NCBI GenBank assembly: GCA_964647575.1
Contig: CAZYGF010000001.1
Location: 1 to 28,278, forward strand
Source of the DNA: Candidatus Micrarchaeota archaeon
GTDB taxonomy: Archaea; Micrarchaeota; Micrarchaeia; Anstonellales; Bilamarchaeaceae
Direction of reading: 5' to 3'
Length of the DNA stretch: 28,278 bases
Shown: positions 25,687 through 28,278 of the stretch, piece by piece
Numbering within the stretch: position 1 is the first letter of the stretch
Layout: the number at the start of each line of letters is the position of its first letter
Notes under the pieces: model-generated
Database searches by the model: none
Seen by the model: only the letters and a program-made list of their open reading frames with translations
What the model was told of the DNA's origin: nothing
Made by a program: the position numbers and the translations under genes

Positions 25687-25693
25687 TTAAAAA
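25687..25693 (+). promoter_or_regulatory. TATA-like box TTAAAAA
   Basis: 22 nt upstream of the gmhA ATG at 25716. Confidence 0.45.
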
Positions 25694-25715
25694 ACTCACC
25701 CTCCTAAATCCAACC

Positions 25716-26294
25716 ATGGCAATATCCGAATCCATCGCGGAGCATGCCTCGGTCCTCAAGGGCATCGGCGCCGCGGAAATACAGGCATCTGCGGACGTCC
25801 TGCTCCGGACGCTTAAGAACGGAGGCAAGGTCCTCATATGCGGCAACGGCGGCAGCGCGGCCGACGCCCAGCACTTCGCCGCGGAACTCACAGGCAGGTA
25901 CGCCCGTGAGCGCAGGGCGCTGCCTGGCATCGCGCTGACAACCGACAGCTCGGCGCTCACCGCGATTTCGAACGACTACGGCTTAGGGCGCGTCTTCGCG
26001 CGGCAGGTGGAGGCGCTGGGCAAAAAGGGCGACGTGCTTGTGCTCATAAGCACCAGCGGCGAGTCTGAGAACCTGCTGGAGGCGGCGAAGGCCGCGAAGG
26101 CGATGGGCATCACCTCGGTCGCGCTGCTCGGCAAGGGCGGCGGGCGGCTGAAGGGGCTGTGCGACAACTCGCTGGTGGTCGCCTCGGACAAGGTGCCACG
26201 CATCCAGGAGATGCACATACTCATAATCCACTGCATCTGCGAACTGGTGGACGATTCGTTCGCAGTGCGCCCTGTGCCACACAAGAGCGGGTAG
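25716..26294 (+). CDS. gmhA: Sedoheptulose-7-phosphate isomerase (phosphoheptose isomerase)
   Basis: [36 protein letters not shown]...H. Start placed at ATG 25716. Confidence 0.93.
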   Translation: MAISESIAEHASVLKGIGAAEIQASADVLLRTLKNGGKVLICGNGGSAADAQHFAAELTGRYARERRALPGIALTTDSSALTAISNDYGLGRVFARQVEALGKKGDVLVLISTSGESENLLEAAKAAKAMGITSVALLGKGGGRLKGLCDNSLVVASDKVPRIQEMHILIIHCICELVDDSFAVRPVPHKSG

Positions 26295-26300
26295 CGTCAT

Positions 26301-27236
26301 ATGTTCAAGAAGGCGAAAATCCTGGTCATCGGCGATGTGATGCTCGACCATTACGTTTACGGCGTAGTCAATCGCATCTCGCCCGAGGCGCCGGTGCCGG
26401 TGCTCGACGTGGAAAAGGAGGAAGAGTTCCTGGGCGGTGCAGGCATAGTGGTGTCAGCCCTGTCGGCGCTGGGTGCGAGGCCGTCATTCATTTCGGTAGT
26501 GGGCGATGACCAGGCTGCAGTGCAGGTGAGAAAGCTGCTGGCTGCCCAGGCCGTCCCGGCCATCGTGGTGAGCGAAAAAGACAGGAAAACCACGGTGAAG
26601 AAGCGCTTCATCAAAACACAGCCACGTTTCGAGATGCTTTTGCGTGCGGACAGCGAAACCCGCCAGGACATAAAAACCACGACGGAAAGCACATTGCTGG
26701 GCATGCTTGAGAAAGCCGCCGAAGGCGCGGACTTCCTGGTCATTTCCGACTATGCCAAGGGCATGCTCACGAAAAGGCTGATTGCCGAAGTGCTGGAGTT
26801 CGCGGCAGGGAAAGGGAAGAGGGTCGTCGTGGACACCAAGGGCGATATCCGCGCCTACAAGGGCAGCAACGTCATCCTCGTCCCGAACCTCCATGAACTC
26901 GGGCTTGCATTCAGGAAGGAAATAAAAAACGAGGACGCCGACGTCCTGCAGTGCGCGCTGGATTTGTCCAAATCAAGCGGCAGCGCGGTGGTGGTGAAGC
27001 GCAGCGGCAAGGGCGCGAGCATCGCAGAGGGGAAAACCAGCTCGTTCCGGACCCACCCGTCCGTCGCTAAAGACGTGGTAAACGTTTCCGGGGCAGGCGA
27101 CATATTCGTGGCCGTATTCACGCTTGCGCTCGTCTCCGGAAATAACATGGACGATGCGGTGAAGCTGGCCAACGCGGGCTGCGCGAAGGCGATAGCCAAG
27201 CAGCACCCGTCCCTAACCGCAGCAGAACTGGGTTGA
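26301..27236 (+). CDS. rfaE1: Heptose-7-phosphate kinase (stand-alone HldE/RfaE domain I, PfkB family)
   Basis: GDVMLDHY...RISPEAPVPV, GGAG, SDYAKG, PNLHE, VSGAGD. Confidence 0.9.
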   Translation: MFKKAKILVIGDVMLDHYVYGVVNRISPEAPVPVLDVEKEEEFLGGAGIVVSALSALGARPSFISVVGDDQAAVQVRKLLAAQAVPAIVVSEKDRKTTVKKRFIKTQPRFEMLLRADSETRQDIKTTTESTLLGMLEKAAEGADFLVISDYAKGMLTKRLIAEVLEFAAGKGKRVVVDTKGDIRAYKGSNVILVPNLHELGLAFRKEIKNEDADVLQCALDLSKSSGSAVVVKRSGKGASIAEGKTSSFRTHPSVAKDVVNVSGAGDIFVAVFTLALVSGNNMDDAVKLANAGCAKAIAKQHPSLTAAELG

Positions 27237-27240
27237 TGCC

Positions 27241-27729
27241 ATGGGAGAACTCATCACGATTGAAAAGCTCGCGGCCATACGGCCGAAGCTCAGGGACCAG
27301 AAGAAGAAAGTAGTATTCACCAACGGCGTCTTCGACCTGTTGCACCTGGGCCACGTGCGCTTCCTGAAAAAGGCGAAATCGCACGGCGACGTCCTCATCG
27401 TCGGCATCAACTCTGACGCGTCCGTGAAAAAAATCAAGGGCCCGCTGCGGCCCATCGTGGCGCAGAAATACCGCGCGGAAGTGCTGTGCGCCCTTTCCTG
27501 CGTGGACTACGTGGTTATTTTCGAAGAAAGCACGCCGGAGAAAACCATCGAGGCGCTCCAGCCGGACATCCACGTGAAGGGTGGCGACTGGAAGGCGGAC
27601 AAACTGCCCGAGACCGGGCTCGTGCGCTCCTACGGCGGGAAGGTCGTGATAGAGGACTCGGAGTGCGAGATAACCACTACGTCTCTCATAAAAAAGATCA
27701 TGGAAGCCTACTCGGGCGGGGGGCGGTGA
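27241..27729 (+). CDS. rfaE2: Heptose-1-phosphate adenylyltransferase (stand-alone HldE/RfaE domain II)
   Basis: FTNGVFDLLHLGH, GINSDASV...KGPLRP, VKGGDW. Confidence 0.9.
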   Translation: MGELITIEKLAAIRPKLRDQKKKVVFTNGVFDLLHLGHVRFLKKAKSHGDVLIVGINSDASVKKIKGPLRPIVAQKYRAEVLCALSCVDYVVIFEESTPEKTIEALQPDIHVKGGDWKADKLPETGLVRSYGGKVVIEDSECEITTTSLIKKIMEAYSGGGR

Positions 27730-28278
27730 GCTTGTTCTACGGCGCCGAGCGCTTTGTCGAGAAAAAAATCCTGCCCCTGTGCTGCCGCCTCCTCTCCATA
27801 TTCAAGAGGAAGAAGCCGCTTGATGAAGAGCCGGAAAGCATACTGGTCCTCAGGTTCTGGGGTGTTGGCGAGACGATACTCACGCTGCCGATGCTGAAGG
27901 CGCTCAAGGACGCCAGGCCCAAGGCGAAGATAACTGTGCTGTGCACGCCGCGCAACTACGACGTGTTTTTCGCCCAGCCTTTCATAGACGAATGCAGGAA
28001 GGTATGGACCTGGCAGATTCCTGCGCTTGTGCTGGCCAACCTGTGGAGATACGGCCTTGTGATAGACACCGAGCCGCACTTTGCGATTTCAGCCATCCTC
28101 GCCTTCTTCATGGGGAAGCGCTCCCTGGGCTTCGATTACGGCGAGCGGGCGAAACTCTACGACGTAAACATCCATTACAACGACCGCCAGCACGTGGTCT
28201 ACACCTTCTGCGACCTGCTCTCCCCGCTGGGCATCACCACCCTGCCGAAAGAGCTCGTCCGGCTGAGATACGGCGAAG
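27726..28278 (+). CDS. GT9 ADP-heptose transferase-like glycosyltransferase, truncated by the window end (not in the ORF track)
   Basis: Hand translation from GTG 27726 (GTGA overlap with rfaE2) is open to the end: ...ILVLRFWGVGETILTLPMLKALKDARPKAKITVL...DLLSPLG, matching the WaaC/WaaF-type N-terminus. Confidence 0.85.
   Translation, partial: MSLFYGAERFVEKKILPLCCRLLSIFKRKKPLDEEPESILVLRFWGVGETILTLPMLKALKDARPKAKITVLCTPRNYDVFFAQPFIDECRKVWTWQIPALVLANLWRYGLVIDTEPHFAISAILAFFMGKRSLGFDYGERAKLYDVNIHYNDRQHVVYTFCDLLSPLGITTLPKELVRLRYGE

Noticed and set aside
1-28278. Bacterial LPS/O-antigen locus
   Set aside because: The archaeal-type dtdA, polyprenol kinase and TATA-like promoter spacing, with no lipid A, wzx/wzy or ABC export genes seen, argue for an archaeal host. 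Marker-gene confirmation is still needed.
1-28278. tRNA, rRNA, CRISPR arrays, transposases or integrases
   Set aside because: None recognised by eye; intergenic gaps are all about 120 nt or shorter and lack periodic repeats. tRNAscan-SE and Infernal were not run.

Overview
This 28.3 kb window is almost entirely a surface-glycan biosynthesis island and is very likely archaeal. The evidence is an archaeal-type D-aminoacyl-tRNA deacylase, polyprenol-phosphate cycling genes, and TATA-like boxes 22-25 nt before many start codons; a DPANN/Micrarchaeota-like host is only a guess. It holds about 30 CDS in this order: housekeeping edge (HAD, orphan ORF, dtdA); lipid-carrier module (polyprenol kinase, PAP2, flippase-like protein, GT2, GT-C membrane protein); gmhB plus a nucleotidyltransferase; epimerase, FkbM and GT4; a tightly coupled six-gene operon (NeuB-family synthase, KdsC-like phosphatase, SDR, aldehyde dehydrogenase, divergent transketolase, CMP-ulosonate synthetase); an inverted five-gene cassette for a probably C-methyl-branched 6-deoxy sugar; a methyltransferase; a KpsS-like transferase; a GDP-sugar dehydratase-like enzyme; and gmhA-rfaE1-rfaE2-GT9, the last truncated by the window end and missing from the ORF track. 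The best candidate for an undescribed system is the six-gene operon at 11094-17548. It reads as a 9-phosphate-route (KDN/Neu5Ac-type) ulosonic acid pathway with a built-in oxidise / C-C cleave / oxidise module that could shorten the sugar to a 3-deoxy-heptulosaric di-acid. That chemistry is inference, supported by specific active-site substitutions in the transketolase. No RNA genes, CRISPR arrays or mobile elements were recognised. All comparisons to reference proteins are from recalled motifs, not database searches.
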